Positions 19,851 through 30,710 of a stretch of 63,074 nucleotides of DNA are shown here, in pieces. The translations under genes were made by a program, and so were the position numbers. The notes beneath the pieces were generated by a model. The model had not been told where the DNA came from. It did not search any database and saw only the letters and a program-made list of their open reading frames with translations. The stretch is from positions 62,001-125,074 of the IMG/VR virus record IMGVR_UViG_3300026493_000141; one strand, 5' to 3'. How positions within the stretch are numbered: the stretch's first letter is position 1; each line of letters starts with the position of its first letter. This stretch comes from an uncultured virus (IMG/VR IMGVR_UViG_3300026493_000141). Taxonomy: Duplodnaviria; Heunggongvirae; Uroviricota; Caudoviricetes.

Positions 19851-21023
19851 TTAGTCGTCTTCATCTATCAAACTATTGAGTAAGGATTCGATATTATTGT
19901 CTCCTGTGAGCAATTCTTTGATTCTCTCCAGAGGCATGTCGTAATCTAACTCTTTTTGAATATAAATTTGAATTTTCTCTTCTACAGACAAATTCTTATC
20001 AAATAGATATTCTTTCTGTGCGACAACTTCTTCTTCTTGTTTCTCAATCGGAACGATGTCCGTCTTTAAATCTAAAGTAATATGTTTATCACCTTGATAA
20101 TGTTTCTTCAATACTGCTAACTTAGCACTATTCAAGTTATTTGGTAAGTATACCGTTTGTAGTCTGAGTTTGTAAATATCGTTCGCGATTCGATACTCAT
20201 CCACCCATCTTACAATATCTTCTACATCCATCTCTTCGACATGCCTGTCAATATGAACGGTTTGATAAATCCGAGCGAGATGATTAAACATCTTCAACAC
20301 AACGAACTTATCTGTGTCTTCATCCATTAAGCAGATATAATACCCTTTCGGTATTTCCTCTCCTTGACACCAGCGTGTTGGAGAACTGCAATAATAGTTA
20401 TGTTTGTAATCTTGCATTGTATGTACATGACCAAAGAAGTTTGGACCTACGCTACAATAGTTTAATTCATTTACATTAAAAGTTGGTGCTCCTGGTCTAT
20501 GTGTAACATGCTCGGTATAAGCGGCAAAGTCCAACATCCCATGACCAAAGATATGTTTATATCGATCTTCTTGACTAAAGTATGGATAATAGAATGCATC
20601 TTTATCCTGCATATATTCTTCAGGAATATATAATACCCAATAGTCTTCAAATAATTCTTCTTCTTGTACTTCACGGATTACTTTAAAGTCGATTGTATCA
20701 TCGTACTCTAAGAACTTGAAGTTCTCTATCTGAGAAGCATCATGTGAATCCGTTCCTTCAATGATTCGAATCTTGGCTTTCTTCTTACGAGCTATCTTAA
20801 TCAATTCTCCCATGAATTGTAAAGCGCGCTTAGAAGCAGAACTATCAAGACCCAATTTACTATCATAATAATCACCTGCAATCACAATACAGTCTATTTT
20901 TGGTAGTTTCGATAATGGCTTCAATATTGTCTCTTTGTACTCATGGTACATTCTTTCTGAATCCATTACTCCCCAGTGTGTATCTGCAAATACTGGAATA
21001 ACTTTTGTTGTCATGCTTCTCAC
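19851..21023 (-). CDS. SbcD/Mre11-like metallophosphoesterase nuclease
   Basis: ADTHWG, AGDYYD, GTDSHD, GHG, GHVH motifs. Confidence 0.85.
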   Translation of the reverse strand: MRSMTTKVIPVFADTHWGVMDSERMYHEYKETILKPLSKLPKIDCIVIAGDYYDSKLGLDSSASKRALQFMGELIKIARKKKAKIRIIEGTDSHDASQIENFKFLEYDDTIDFKVIREVQEEELFEDYWVLYIPEEYMQDKDAFYYPYFSQEDRYKHIFGHGMLDFAAYTEHVTHRPGAPTFNVNELNYCSVGPNFFGHVHTMQDYKHNYYCSSPTRWCQGEEIPKGYYICLMDEDTDKFVVLKMFNHLARIYQTVHIDRHVEEMDVEDIVRWVDEYRIANDIYKLRLQTVYLPNNLNSAKLAVLKKHYQGDKHITLDLKTDIVPIEKQEEEVVAQKEYLFDKNLSVEEKIQIYIQKELDYDMPLERIKELLTGDNNIESLLNSLIDEDD

Positions 21024-21027
21024 CTCC

Positions 21028-21738
21028 CTAATATTTCACATGACCTAATAAGTACCACGTTCGGAATACTGCTAGTAAACTCTGGAACGCTTCATAATAA
21101 ATAAGTGTATCAGTGTAATCCATTTCTTCGAATTCATATTTCTTTTTCTTTTTATCTAATCGAAGAATGGCTACTTTCTCTATCTCATACTGTGGATAGT
21201 TGTGCATAAATAATTGCACATATGCTGATAACTGTAAAAACATTGTTGGATAAATGCTTGAACTTGTCTTAAAGTCAATAATGTATAATACACCATCAAT
21301 CGTACAGATACAATCTATTGTACCTCCATACGTATCACAGCTTAGCTGTAATTCTGAATATAAGAACTTGATTTCTCCACCAGTTCTTTTCCCCGTAAAC
21401 TTACCTACTCGCGGTTTCATATCATCTAACCACTGTAGGAATAAATCAAAACAATGGATAGCTATCTCAGGAGTATCTCTATACTCATAAGGCGTTTTTA
21501 TTTTATTTAGATTCACTTTCCCCTTGGTTATGAATCGTTCTATAAAGTCGTGAGCCATCGTTCCAATCTCGGAACTGAAGTCTAATATGTCATCAACTTT
21601 AGTCTTTTTAAATCCCATCCAATTCGCCCAATTTACAAGCTCTGGCTTGTTGAGCATTTTAATTATAGTCGTCACACTTGGAACCTGTTGGCTCTTTGTA
21701 TTATAGTATTTCGTGTGCTCATTTTCTTTCTTCGCCAT
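21028..21738 (-). CDS. PD-(D/E)XK exonuclease
   Basis: PSVTTI, IGTMAH, GGTIDC, IIDFKTS, LQLSAY. Confidence 0.85.
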   Translation of the reverse strand: MAKKENEHTKYYNTKSQQVPSVTTIIKMLNKPELVNWANWMGFKKTKVDDILDFSSEIGTMAHDFIERFITKGKVNLNKIKTPYEYRDTPEIAIHCFDLFLQWLDDMKPRVGKFTGKRTGGEIKFLYSELQLSCDTYGGTIDCICTIDGVLYIIDFKTSSSIYPTMFLQLSAYVQLFMHNYPQYEIEKVAILRLDKKKKKYEFEEMDYTDTLIYYEAFQSLLAVFRTWYLLGHVKY

Positions 21739-21845
21739 GGTTTCTCCTCCTTTATTGCATATTATATCGTTCAAGACTTATTCATCCATTAAAATAATAT
21801 ATATTTTAACAACTTATTAAATTATTATAGAAAGAAGGGGCTACT

Positions 21846-22811
21846 ATGTCTGACAAGCTAAAAAGTATATCTGATACGTATATATTCAAGTTATACGACA
21901 AACAAATCGAATTACAAAAAACGATGATGCGTATTCTGACAGAAGGTGAATTGATTACGGATGCCCGTCCAGAAATCAAAGATATGATCGGTGAAATAGA
22001 CCGTCGTTATCACTACTCTTCTAAAAACTTCGTATTAGATTGCTTACGTAAAGGAAAGATTAAGTTAGTTATGAATGCGAAACAATATCGCCTTCCAACG
22101 ACTATCCCTTGCTACCTTGCTAATACAGGTAAAGCAATCGTATGTGTAGTAAACATTTCAAACCATGCTACATATGGAAAAGAAAATGAAATTAAAATGG
22201 ATACGAAGAATTTATTCTATCTATTACAATGTGGAGCTACTTTAATTAGCTGCTACGAGAACTATCGTGCTATCTCAATGAGAGCTGAAGTGCAACAATT
22301 ATCTTCATCTATGTTTAGTAAGCTATGCTTGAAGATTTTCAACCGCATGTTCTCTATCAGTATTAACCGTGAACGTCAAGATATCGTAATGTATCTGACT
22401 TCGTACTACTTCTTATATAATGTAATGGGACGCCGTTCTCCAAGTATGCAAGAAATGAATAAGAAGTTTGCAATCGGTAACTGTAAATCATCTGGTGTAT
22501 TACTAGTAAATGATATTGACCGTAATATTAAACCAGAGGAACATTTTAAAGACTTAGATGCATTCATTAAATTTGTAGCTGAGAATGTAGGTGGAATGGG
22601 AGAGTTAACAACTCGACAATTTGTCGATAACTACGTGAATTCTTACGGTGCCGCAATGATGCTAAGCCTAGAATTTTTACCGACATTCTACCATAACTTA
22701 TTTGCAGTTGTTATCGGATCATACACAAACGTTCAGAACGTAATCGAAAATACGTTAGACGCTGACATCGATAAACTGTATAGAACGTTCTTTAGCTCTA
22801 TTAGCCAATAG
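21846..22811 (+). CDS. Late (probably virion) protein, 321 aa
   Basis: AACA-N6-TA at 21808-21819; first gene of the plus-strand module. Confidence 0.65.
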   Translation: MSDKLKSISDTYIFKLYDKQIELQKTMMRILTEGELITDARPEIKDMIGEIDRRYHYSSKNFVLDCLRKGKIKLVMNAKQYRLPTTIPCYLANTGKAIVCVVNISNHATYGKENEIKMDTKNLFYLLQCGATLISCYENYRAISMRAEVQQLSSSMFSKLCLKIFNRMFSISINRERQDIVMYLTSYYFLYNVMGRRSPSMQEMNKKFAIGNCKSSGVLLVNDIDRNIKPEEHFKDLDAFIKFVAENVGGMGELTTRQFVDNYVNSYGAAMMLSLEFLPTFYHNLFAVVIGSYTNVQNVIENTLDADIDKLYRTFFSSISQ

Positions 22812-22821
22812 GAGGTTTAGT

Positions 22822-25500
22822 ATGGAACTTTTAACCCGAGAACGAAAAGCTCAAATTCGTAAAGAAGCTTTAGATGAAACAGTTAAAGAGTTTATTATGA
22901 ATTACAGTTATAGTCTCCTATCAACCGTGCAGGATGCACGTGTTGGTATGGATGTCTATGAAGTAAAGAAAAACGGATTCCAGATTAAAGAGCAAGTGAA
23001 ACATAAAGAACATTATTACTGGAAACCATTTACCCACTTCTTTATTGTCTGCCAAGGTTTAGAGCTTGTAGAAGAGTTTGAACGTAAACAGACGCAAGAA
23101 GATGTATTATTACACAAATTCGATAAGTATCAATTGATTCCATTGAGTGAATTTAATAAATACTACGAGTATACATTTGATATGTATCATAATGGTAAAA
23201 AGATACCAGTTAGTGATATCCAAATTGTATTTACAGATTTCCACACAATTTTATGTGTTCCGTATAAATACGAAGTATTTACAACGATGCATATTATTCG
23301 TCGAAACTATTACTTAGACTTACAGTCTAAGACTACTAACGTATTTAAACTGAGCATGGTGGATCATCCTTATGCTGAAAACTTTGGTTGGTTCTGTTAT
23401 GTGGATGGTTTATTTACAACAGATTTTACCGCCCGCAAAGTAGGCAATGAGTTTGTTATTACCGTCAATGCGGCTATTGGTAAACTTATAGAAATAACCT
23501 GTATGCCGACATTGAAACAGACTCAAACTTTAACAAAAGGTACGAAACATTTCCGTTTACAACGGAAGGTGAAAGGTAAACGTGAATATAAGTTCCCAGT
23601 ACATATTGAGAACGTTATGATATTCGCAAATGGTTTATATACGGACTTAGGTGTAACAGCGATTACGTCTGATGTATTTCGTATTGACCCGCTTCCTGTA
23701 GACAAAGCCTTTGCTATGATATTCTACGAGGAACAGCCTGGTGACGTCCATGATTATCGGGACCATGTTTTATGGTACGATACCGACCATGGAAAAGACC
23801 TCGTTGCAGACTTAGATGGAAACAAAGTTCCAGAATATATCACGAAATTTTCTCTATCTAATGTCGATACTAGTGCTCAAAATTTAGTAGATTCAAAACT
23901 AAATGACACTGAGTGGCGAGCAAAGAAACTAAAAGAAATAACAAATTATGATTATGAATTCTATAATAAATACATTGATACGGTACAAGATAAAACAAGA
24001 ATTACAGAGTCCAAGTTCGCAGATGTTTCTAAAATGGACTACAATAAAGCACTTCGAATGAATAACCGTTCTGATGTATGGGATACAGCAATGCTCAAAG
24101 ATTTTGACCAACAGTATTTTCTTATCAATATCCCAAATCCAGAAAGCTTTGGATTCAATGTATTTGTGGATGGTATTCGTGATGATGAGCCATTGATTTA
24201 TCATCAGAATGATGAAACTTTAGTATACATTCGTTCATCAAGAGTGAATGTAAAATCTATTATCGAATTCGAAATGATGCGTATGAATAGTACAGTAGCA
24301 GTACGAGATGTTACTGTCCCTGCTAATGTCAAAGCATTCGTAATAGGGGATAAAGATTTTCTTGATACGGATTATATTAAATTATTTATGTATAATGCAA
24401 CTAAGAAAAGATATTATCCGTTTTCAGGATATTCGATTTACGCATATCCTGAACGCACAGATGGTATGTTAATTCAAACATTTCCAGATAAGATTATTCT
24501 TAAATGTGTAAACACATTCTGTAATGTCTTTACTCGATACGTTGTACCAGGTAAAACTACTCGTGCAGTAGTGGATGGGACACTTGAGATGGCATATCTT
24601 ACACATGATAAAGAAAATTATCGCATTTATAAAAATGGTCGCACGTTACCTCACTATAGTTGGTCGGTTGAATTCCCAACCTTAATGAATGATTTAACTA
24701 CACCTAAATTTACTATTGATGCAGCTTTTACAATTGGTGAAGTTATTTATATAGAATTTTTACCATTTTGCCAGAAAGCTATTTATGACGAGAAATTAGT
24801 AGAAGAGTATGGGCGTGTACGACCAAATAAAGGCACAATAGAAGCTCCATTCAATGATAATATTATGACATTTTATCTAAATGGTAGAAGAATCTCTCAC
24901 CGTTATCATGAGATTCCTACCAATAACGGATTACAGTTATGGAGTGTAAATTCACGTAAGCATTTTAATACGTATCTAAATCGTTCTAGTTTTGCATTAG
25001 TATCGGAGTTTTCTCCTAACTATAATGTAGGACCAGACTTATACGATGTGTATCTAAAATCTCTCATGATTGGTGAGAAGATTAAAGATGATGAGCCTGA
25101 TGTTACAGGACCAGAAATGGTTGGTATGATTGATATGTACTATGACTTATATCGTGAGTATCTGAAGCATAACGTCGTAGATAGTTCTCAAGAAATGCCG
25201 AAATATGTATCATTCAAGTATAGTGGATTACTTACTAAACCTGAAAATATTATCTACGTGGATATGGAACAGTCACAAACTCGTTACATGCCATTAGATG
25301 CTGAAATGAAACATGATGGTGAGGAATTCCTTACAGTCGGTGATGAATACTATCAAATCCTAACAGATTTCGAAACATTACCATCATTTGACTTAGCAAA
25401 CATTCCGCCAGATTTATATGAAAAGTATAAAGATGTCTTTAATAACAACGTTATTGTATTAGACTTATCTGTAATGGCGGAAGCAATGAAACAACGTTAA
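22822..25500 (+). CDS. Large virion structural protein (baseplate/tail-like)
   Basis: 892 aa with repeated beta-rich YxNG/FxDG units typical of jumbo-phage structural proteins; late operon. Confidence 0.55.
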   Translation: MELLTRERKAQIRKEALDETVKEFIMNYSYSLLSTVQDARVGMDVYEVKKNGFQIKEQVKHKEHYYWKPFTHFFIVCQGLELVEEFERKQTQEDVLLHKFDKYQLIPLSEFNKYYEYTFDMYHNGKKIPVSDIQIVFTDFHTILCVPYKYEVFTTMHIIRRNYYLDLQSKTTNVFKLSMVDHPYAENFGWFCYVDGLFTTDFTARKVGNEFVITVNAAIGKLIEITCMPTLKQTQTLTKGTKHFRLQRKVKGKREYKFPVHIENVMIFANGLYTDLGVTAITSDVFRIDPLPVDKAFAMIFYEEQPGDVHDYRDHVLWYDTDHGKDLVADLDGNKVPEYITKFSLSNVDTSAQNLVDSKLNDTEWRAKKLKEITNYDYEFYNKYIDTVQDKTRITESKFADVSKMDYNKALRMNNRSDVWDTAMLKDFDQQYFLINIPNPESFGFNVFVDGIRDDEPLIYHQNDETLVYIRSSRVNVKSIIEFEMMRMNSTVAVRDVTVPANVKAFVIGDKDFLDTDYIKLFMYNATKKRYYPFSGYSIYAYPERTDGMLIQTFPDKIILKCVNTFCNVFTRYVVPGKTTRAVVDGTLEMAYLTHDKENYRIYKNGRTLPHYSWSVEFPTLMNDLTTPKFTIDAAFTIGEVIYIEFLPFCQKAIYDEKLVEEYGRVRPNKGTIEAPFNDNIMTFYLNGRRISHRYHEIPTNNGLQLWSVNSRKHFNTYLNRSSFALVSEFSPNYNVGPDLYDVYLKSLMIGEKIKDDEPDVTGPEMVGMIDMYYDLYREYLKHNVVDSSQEMPKYVSFKYSGLLTKPENIIYVDMEQSQTRYMPLDAEMKHDGEEFLTVGDEYYQILTDFETLPSFDLANIPPDLYEKYKDVFNNNVIVLDLSVMAEAMKQR

Positions 25501-25503
25501 TAG

Positions 25504-25530
25504 GAGAGAGGGATATCCCTCTCTCTTTTT
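25504..25530 (+). terminator. Intrinsic terminator
   Basis: GAGAGAGGGAT/ATCCCTCTCTC-TTTT. Confidence 0.7.
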
Positions 25531-25593
25531 ACCGCCACTCCCGATTCATATAACAAACAACTAATTAAGATTAAATTATGGAGGTGAAGCTCT

Positions 25594-26820
25594 ATGGCTA
25601 ATGAACCACGGTTTGGATTTATACCTATGCCAATTTCTATGAATGCAAATGCAAAGAATGGCGAATTCATGGTTGACCGTAACACTGGTCATTTCTACGT
25701 AAGATCAAATAATAAGAACTTATCAAAAACAGTAGAAAATGAAAACCGTATTAATGAAATGATTAGCCGATACCCATTCCAAAACCCGCATTTACTTTTG
25801 GGTCATGGTGATTGGGTACGTTATGTATCAACTCCTACAGATGTGACAACCAAATGGGTTGACGCATTAGAAAAAGGGAAAGGTACACAAATCGATATGG
25901 CTGGAACTTCAGCTATGTCAGTACCACTAAACATACCGCTGTCTGTATCACGGACAACGGAATACTATTTTAAAGTCAAAGGCTTCTGTTTAGAAGGTGA
26001 AGGTACTTGCGGTCTACGTGTTGATTTCTTTAAAGATCAAGCAATGACACAATCAGCACAAGACTTTAACGGAAAGACTTCGCAAGTGTTAGGTACAACA
26101 CTTGTAAAACCAAATCAACCATTCGAAATCTCTGGTGTATATAATGACAAAGATAACTTTGCTTATGAGAATAACTACACTACGAATACATTAAAAGAAT
26201 GGGCTAAAACTAATTTTATTCGACCTATATTACAATTAGGTCAAGGGCGTAAAACTGCGGCTAAGTATATCATTACGGAAGTTCAAATTTATCAAGTTCC
26301 AGATTACTTAGTAGAGGATTATCGTCCAGTGTACAGAGGTGTATCAGAATACTTCCCAGGTGATGACTATTACAACGGGAAACATATTGTTGATGACCCT
26401 CTTGCAACAAACGGTAAAGCAATTACAAACTATGCTGTATGTTATACAAAGCCAATGAAGTTTGGGGTATATTCTATTGGCGTACGTTTAAAAGTTTCTG
26501 ATATTGCTGTAACGACTCAGGATATATACATATCCATAAAGAAACTGAAGATGCCTCAGCAATATATTAATACTACCATGGGAACGAATATCACGGTAGA
26601 AGAAATTGGTCGAGTAGCATTTGCTCCAAAAGAGTTAAATACAAAAGACCTATATACAACGATATTTGTAGGGTGTGAATATACAGGGGAACGTTCTTAT
26701 AATGACGTGCTTCGTATTGAAGTTAACACTGTTAATACATCGCCTGCTTACAAATTATCCGTTGACTATATACAAGTAACACCTGTCGGCATTGGTGTAT
26801 ACCATAGACGACAAAAATAG
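25594..26820 (+). CDS. Tail-associated protein with carbohydrate-binding-like domains
   Basis: N-terminal GEFMVDRNTGHFY motif shared with 32042 (GEILRDGKGHFY); beta-sandwich composition; late promoter at 25556-25567. Confidence 0.5.
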   Translation: MANEPRFGFIPMPISMNANAKNGEFMVDRNTGHFYVRSNNKNLSKTVENENRINEMISRYPFQNPHLLLGHGDWVRYVSTPTDVTTKWVDALEKGKGTQIDMAGTSAMSVPLNIPLSVSRTTEYYFKVKGFCLEGEGTCGLRVDFFKDQAMTQSAQDFNGKTSQVLGTTLVKPNQPFEISGVYNDKDNFAYENNYTTNTLKEWAKTNFIRPILQLGQGRKTAAKYIITEVQIYQVPDYLVEDYRPVYRGVSEYFPGDDYYNGKHIVDDPLATNGKAITNYAVCYTKPMKFGVYSIGVRLKVSDIAVTTQDIYISIKKLKMPQQYINTTMGTNITVEEIGRVAFAPKELNTKDLYTTIFVGCEYTGERSYNDVLRIEVNTVNTSPAYKLSVDYIQVTPVGIGVYHRRQK

Positions 26821-26850
26821 ACTTAGCATATACGAAGAGGAGGGAATTAC

Positions 26851-28293
26851 ATGTTTATTTCTGATGAGGATTTCAGAGAACTGAAATTGAGCGTCATGCA
26901 GGAGTTAGGAAGACGTAGTAGAACAAATACAGTCCCTAACTATAAACCTGAAGCTACATCAAGTGAACTTGTAGAAGATGTTCATTATGATGAAATGGCG
27001 GACGCGATTGACCAAGTCAAACACTTCGATAAACCATTAGCAAAAGATCAAGCAGAAATGGTTGAAGTGGATGAAATGGCAGCGACTACGTATAAATTGA
27101 AAAACTCGAAGCAAGACGGCGGTAACTCATGTAACGGTGCATGTACTGGTTTATGTAGTACATCATGCGTTGGTGGGTGCGTAGGTTCTTGTTCAGGTAC
27201 ATGTGGCGGTGGCTGTGCTACTGGTTGTACAAGCTCATGTACTGGTGGATGTTCAGGAAGTTGTTCTGGTGGGTGTTCTACTAGCTGTAGCTCATCTTGT
27301 ACAGGTAACTGTTCTGGTGGATGTTCAGGCGGATGTTCTGGTAGCTGTTCTGCAAACTGTGCGGCTGACTGTTCTTCTGGATGTTCTGGTAACTGTTCTA
27401 GTGGATGTTCTTCATGTTCTGGAACGTGCTCAGGTGGATGTTCAACTGGCTGTGCTGGTGGATGTCAATCAACATGTACAGGTGGATGTTCAGGAACATG
27501 CTCAGGTACATGTGGCGGAGGATGTGCAACAGGTTGCGTAAGTGGATGTTCTGCGGGATGTTCAACAAGCTGTATCGGTGGTTGCGGTGGTTCTTGTTCC
27601 TCAGGTTGTTCCGGTGGATGTACTGGTTGTGGTTCTTCATGTAATAACACATGTCAAGGTGACTGTGGTGGAACATGTCACGGTAACTGTGGTTCTGCTT
27701 GTGGTTCTGGCGTATGTACTGGAGCATGTCACTCAGCTTGTACAGGTGGCTGTGGAGGTTCTTGTTCTGGAGGATGTTCCGCTTATTGTACAAGTTCTTG
27801 TGGTAGTACATGTACAGGCGGATGTGGATCATCTTGTTCTGGTGGATGTACAGGAACGTGCTCTGGAGGTTGTGCGACAAACTGTACTGGCGGATGTACT
27901 GGTTCATGTACAGGTAACTGTGCAAGCACATGTTCTACAGGGTGTGCCGGTAACTGTGCTTCAGGTTGTTCAACAGCATGTAACAGTGGATGTACTGGCG
28001 GATGTAGTACAGGATGTACATCATCATGTACAGGTAGCTGCGTAAGCTCATGTACTGGTGGTTGTGTGGGTACATGTAGTACAGGCTGTAGCACGTCTTG
28101 TTCTTCAACTTGTGGTAGTGATTGTTCTGGTGGTTGTGGTAGCTCTTGTTCTGGCGGATGTACAGGTGGATGTTCTGGAGCATGTTCTTCAGGATGTACA
28201 AGTTGTACAGGTTCTTGCTCAGGTACAGCAATGAGCGTTAACTACTCTAGACCAGTATACAATGTAGGAAGTAGCGGAATCGCTAAATTCTAA
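26851..28293 (+). CDS. Cys-rich Cxxx-repeat protein, putative radical SAM modification target
   Basis: About 93-aa leader, about 90 Cxxx units (C-S/T-G/S-G/S/T) and a short tail; GAGGAGG RBS; upstream of a radical SAM gene. Confidence 0.85.
   Translation: MFISDEDFRELKLSVMQELGRRSRTNTVPNYKPEATSSELVEDVHYDEMADAIDQVKHFDKPLAKDQAEMVEVDEMAATTYKLKNSKQDGGNSCNGACTGLCSTSCVGGCVGSCSGTCGGGCATGCTSSCTGGCSGSCSGGCSTSCSSSCTGNCSGGCSGGCSGSCSANCAADCSSGCSGNCSSGCSSCSGTCSGGCSTGCAGGCQSTCTGGCSGTCSGTCGGGCATGCVSGCSAGCSTSCIGGCGGSCSSGCSGGCTGCGSSCNNTCQGDCGGTCHGNCGSACGSGVCTGACHSACTGGCGGSCSGGCSAYCTSSCGSTCTGGCGSSCSGGCTGTCSGGCATNCTGGCTGSCTGNCASTCSTGCAGNCASGCSTACNSGCTGGCSTGCTSSCTGSCVSSCTGGCVGTCSTGCSTSCSSTCGSDCSGGCGSSCSGGCTGGCSGACSSGCTSCTGSCSGTAMSVNYSRPVYNVGSSGIAKF
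27130..28218 (+). repeat. Degenerate 12-nt tandem coding repeat (TGT-N9)
   Basis: TGTTCTGGTGGA / TGTACAGGTGGA-type units, with occasional 9-nt or 15-nt units. Confidence 0.9.
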
Positions 28294-28310
28294 GAAAGGA
28301 ATGATATTCC

Positions 28311-28853
28311 ATGGAAGAAAACAAAAAACCTTATGAAATTAATGCGACAAAAAAATTAATTAAGAATGCATTAATTACAAAGTATTTACAAGAAAAGAAC
28401 TTAGAAATGTTAGAGAAAACATTGGAGGACTTCCCTCTTGTAAATGATAGCTTACGATTAATGTTAGATGGGGGTGTATTCCAGTATGAGAATAATATCG
28501 CTGATATCTTCCGTATCGTAACATCTAACATCAATAAATGGTTTGCAGATACACCTGACGTTGCAGCATTTGGGGTAACTCATTTCCAAATTAAATACTA
28601 CTTCCGTAAGAGTGACATTGAGAATACAAAACGTATGATTAATGAATCGAAGGATAAAGGTATTAAACCAGAATATATGGGTATCTTCTACCACACTCTA
28701 TTAATGCTGGCTCAGCCTCAAAACGACATGGAAACTGTTGTAGAGTGTGCTGACTTCTTTGAACGTCACAATGTGACGGAATCTATGATTGATAGAGAAA
28801 ATGGAAATGCCTTTGAAGGTGAAGTGCCTGAAGAGGAATATTTAGTATTCTAA
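28311..28853 (+). CDS. Hypothetical helical protein in the rSAM cassette
   Basis: ORF between substrate and maturase; AAAGGA RBS; hairpin at 28857-28886 follows. Confidence 0.7.
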   Translation: MEENKKPYEINATKKLIKNALITKYLQEKNLEMLEKTLEDFPLVNDSLRLMLDGGVFQYENNIADIFRIVTSNINKWFADTPDVAAFGVTHFQIKYYFRKSDIENTKRMINESKDKGIKPEYMGIFYHTLLMLAQPQNDMETVVECADFFERHNVTESMIDRENGNAFEGEVPEEEYLVF

Positions 28854-28902
28854 AACAAGATGGGATAAGCTTCGGCTTATCCTGTCATTTCTTATTATGT
28901 GC

Positions 28903-28914
28903 AACATACTAATA
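28903..28914 (+). promoter_or_regulatory. Late promoter AACA-N6-TA of the rSAM gene
   Basis: AACATACTAATA between the terminator and the RBS. Confidence 0.65.
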
Positions 28915-28939
28915 TTACAGTCAAAAGGGGGAATAATTA

Positions 28940-30277
28940 ATGGGATGCTCTGTAGAACAGACATACGTTAAAACCACATCTGAATTCCAAGATACGTTTG
29001 GAACGATGTATGATGTAGATACACCTGAAAACTTGGAAAAGTATTCGGAAAAAGATTTAGCTACAAAGAACCTTACTTTCGTTATGACGGAAGAGTGTAA
29101 CTTACGTTGCACATACTGTTACCAAGTAGGTAAAAATAGAAAGTTCATGTCAAAAGAAGTTGCTCGTAAAGCAGTAGACTTATTATTTGACACAGAACGT
29201 AATAAAAACTTCGTTAACGATAAGATTCACAAAGCTGTAATCTTAGACTTCATCGGTGGAGAACCATTCATGAACGTTGACGTAATGGACTTTATCGTGG
29301 ATTACTTCCGCTTTAAAGCTACAATGGAAAACTCACCTTGGGCATTAAACTATATGATCAGTGTATCAACTAACGGTACACTAAACCATACAAAACGTGT
29401 AAAACGTTTCATTGAAAAGAACCAAGGTCGTATCTCTGTATCTATCACAATTGATGGAAACAAAGATTTACATGACTCTTGTCGTGTATTCGCTAATGGT
29501 AAAGGTAGTTATGATATCGTAGAACGTAACGTGAAGAATGCAATTGCAGAACACGGTCTATCTTCTACTAAAGTTACCTTTGCTCCAGAAAACATTGATA
29601 AAATCACAACAGCAATTCCACATTTATTCGAAATGGGATTACGTGAAATCAATGCCAATGCAGTATTTGAAAACGTATGGAAGCCAAAAGATGCTTTCGT
29701 ATTCTATGATCAGTTAATTAAACTAGCTGACTGGTATCTAGAAAGTGGATACTACAAATCAGCCGTTATCAGTATCTTTGAAGAATCTATTGGGAAACCG
29801 ATGAAAGAAGAAGAAAATGATAACTGGTGTGGTGGAGATGGTAAGATGTTAACTATCGGTTGTGATGGTAAACTATATCCTTGCCTACGCTTCATGAGCT
29901 ATTCAATGGAAAACAAGGAACGTCGTGAAATCATTATCGGTAACGTTGATGACGGTATGATTGACATTAAAGACGATCCATTAGTAGAAGAACTATTCGG
30001 TATCACTCGTCGTTCTCAATCAACTGACAAGTGCTTTAACTGCCAAGTAACAAGTGGCTGTGGCTGGTGTACAGCTCATAACTACGATGTATTTGGTTCT
30101 TCTAATATTCGTGCAACATTTACTTGTATGATGCACAAAGTTCGTGTTCTTGCGAACTATTACTACTGGAATAAACTTTACAAGAAGTTAGGTAAAGACG
30201 ACTTCTTCGAATGTAACCTAACTGCGGATGAAATCGAATTCATCACACAAGGTAAAGGTATTCCAACTATCGACTAA
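28940..30277 (+). CDS. Radical SAM/SPASM peptide maturase, Cxxx-repeat target family
   Basis: CNLRCTYC, FIGGEP, STNGT, SITIDG; SPASM cysteines WCGG...YPC...CFNC...GCGWC...C. Confidence 0.92.
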   Translation: MGCSVEQTYVKTTSEFQDTFGTMYDVDTPENLEKYSEKDLATKNLTFVMTEECNLRCTYCYQVGKNRKFMSKEVARKAVDLLFDTERNKNFVNDKIHKAVILDFIGGEPFMNVDVMDFIVDYFRFKATMENSPWALNYMISVSTNGTLNHTKRVKRFIEKNQGRISVSITIDGNKDLHDSCRVFANGKGSYDIVERNVKNAIAEHGLSSTKVTFAPENIDKITTAIPHLFEMGLREINANAVFENVWKPKDAFVFYDQLIKLADWYLESGYYKSAVISIFEESIGKPMKEEENDNWCGGDGKMLTIGCDGKLYPCLRFMSYSMENKERREIIIGNVDDGMIDIKDDPLVEELFGITRRSQSTDKCFNCQVTSGCGWCTAHNYDVFGSSNIRATFTCMMHKVRVLANYYYWNKLYKKLGKDDFFECNLTADEIEFITQGKGIPTID

Positions 30278-30299
30278 TATACAATGAGGAGGAATTATC

Positions 30300-30671
30300 A
30301 TGGCATGTGGATGTAGAGTTCGTTATGATGACGATACAGAAAAACACGAATGTTGTGAAGATGGGAAGAAGAAAATTACCTACCCATTAGAGTATGAGGA
30401 TTCATCAGTAGTGCAAAGGGTTCTTTATGAAAAGGATGGTTTACTAGCGTTATGTACACAGTTTACAAGTACATCACCATTTAAACCTGACGAAGAACGC
30501 TATAACCAGATTCTCGATCAATATATTAAATCTTTCGCAGAATATAATCTTGTATTCCAAGTATTGATGGAAAAATATATGCCGAAAGAAGACGCAGAGC
30601 TTATTTCTGGTACAACGTATGAAATTAAAGTAGATTTCCTAACTAATTCTCTTATTGTAGAATATCAATAG
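30300..30671 (+). CDS. Cxxx-repeat modification system accessory protein (putative)
   Basis: Small helical protein after the maturase ending in ..VDF....L; Cys-rich N-terminus; similar to the next gene. Confidence 0.6.
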   Translation: MACGCRVRYDDDTEKHECCEDGKKKITYPLEYEDSSVVQRVLYEKDGLLALCTQFTSTSPFKPDEERYNQILDQYIKSFAEYNLVFQVLMEKYMPKEDAELISGTTYEIKVDFLTNSLIVEYQ

Positions 30672-30710
30672 GGAAACAATTTATTATAACCATATAGAGG
30701 AGGAATTACA

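Noticed and set aside
21028..21738. Cas4 / CRISPR adaptation gene
   Set aside because: Lacks the four-Cys Fe-S pattern and lies in a replication/recombination block; an ordinary PD-(D/E)XK nuclease.
27203..28231. Several alternative-frame and antisense ORFs (Val/His/Pro-rich)
   Set aside because: Shadows of the 12-nt Cys-repeat coding sequence; no RBS.
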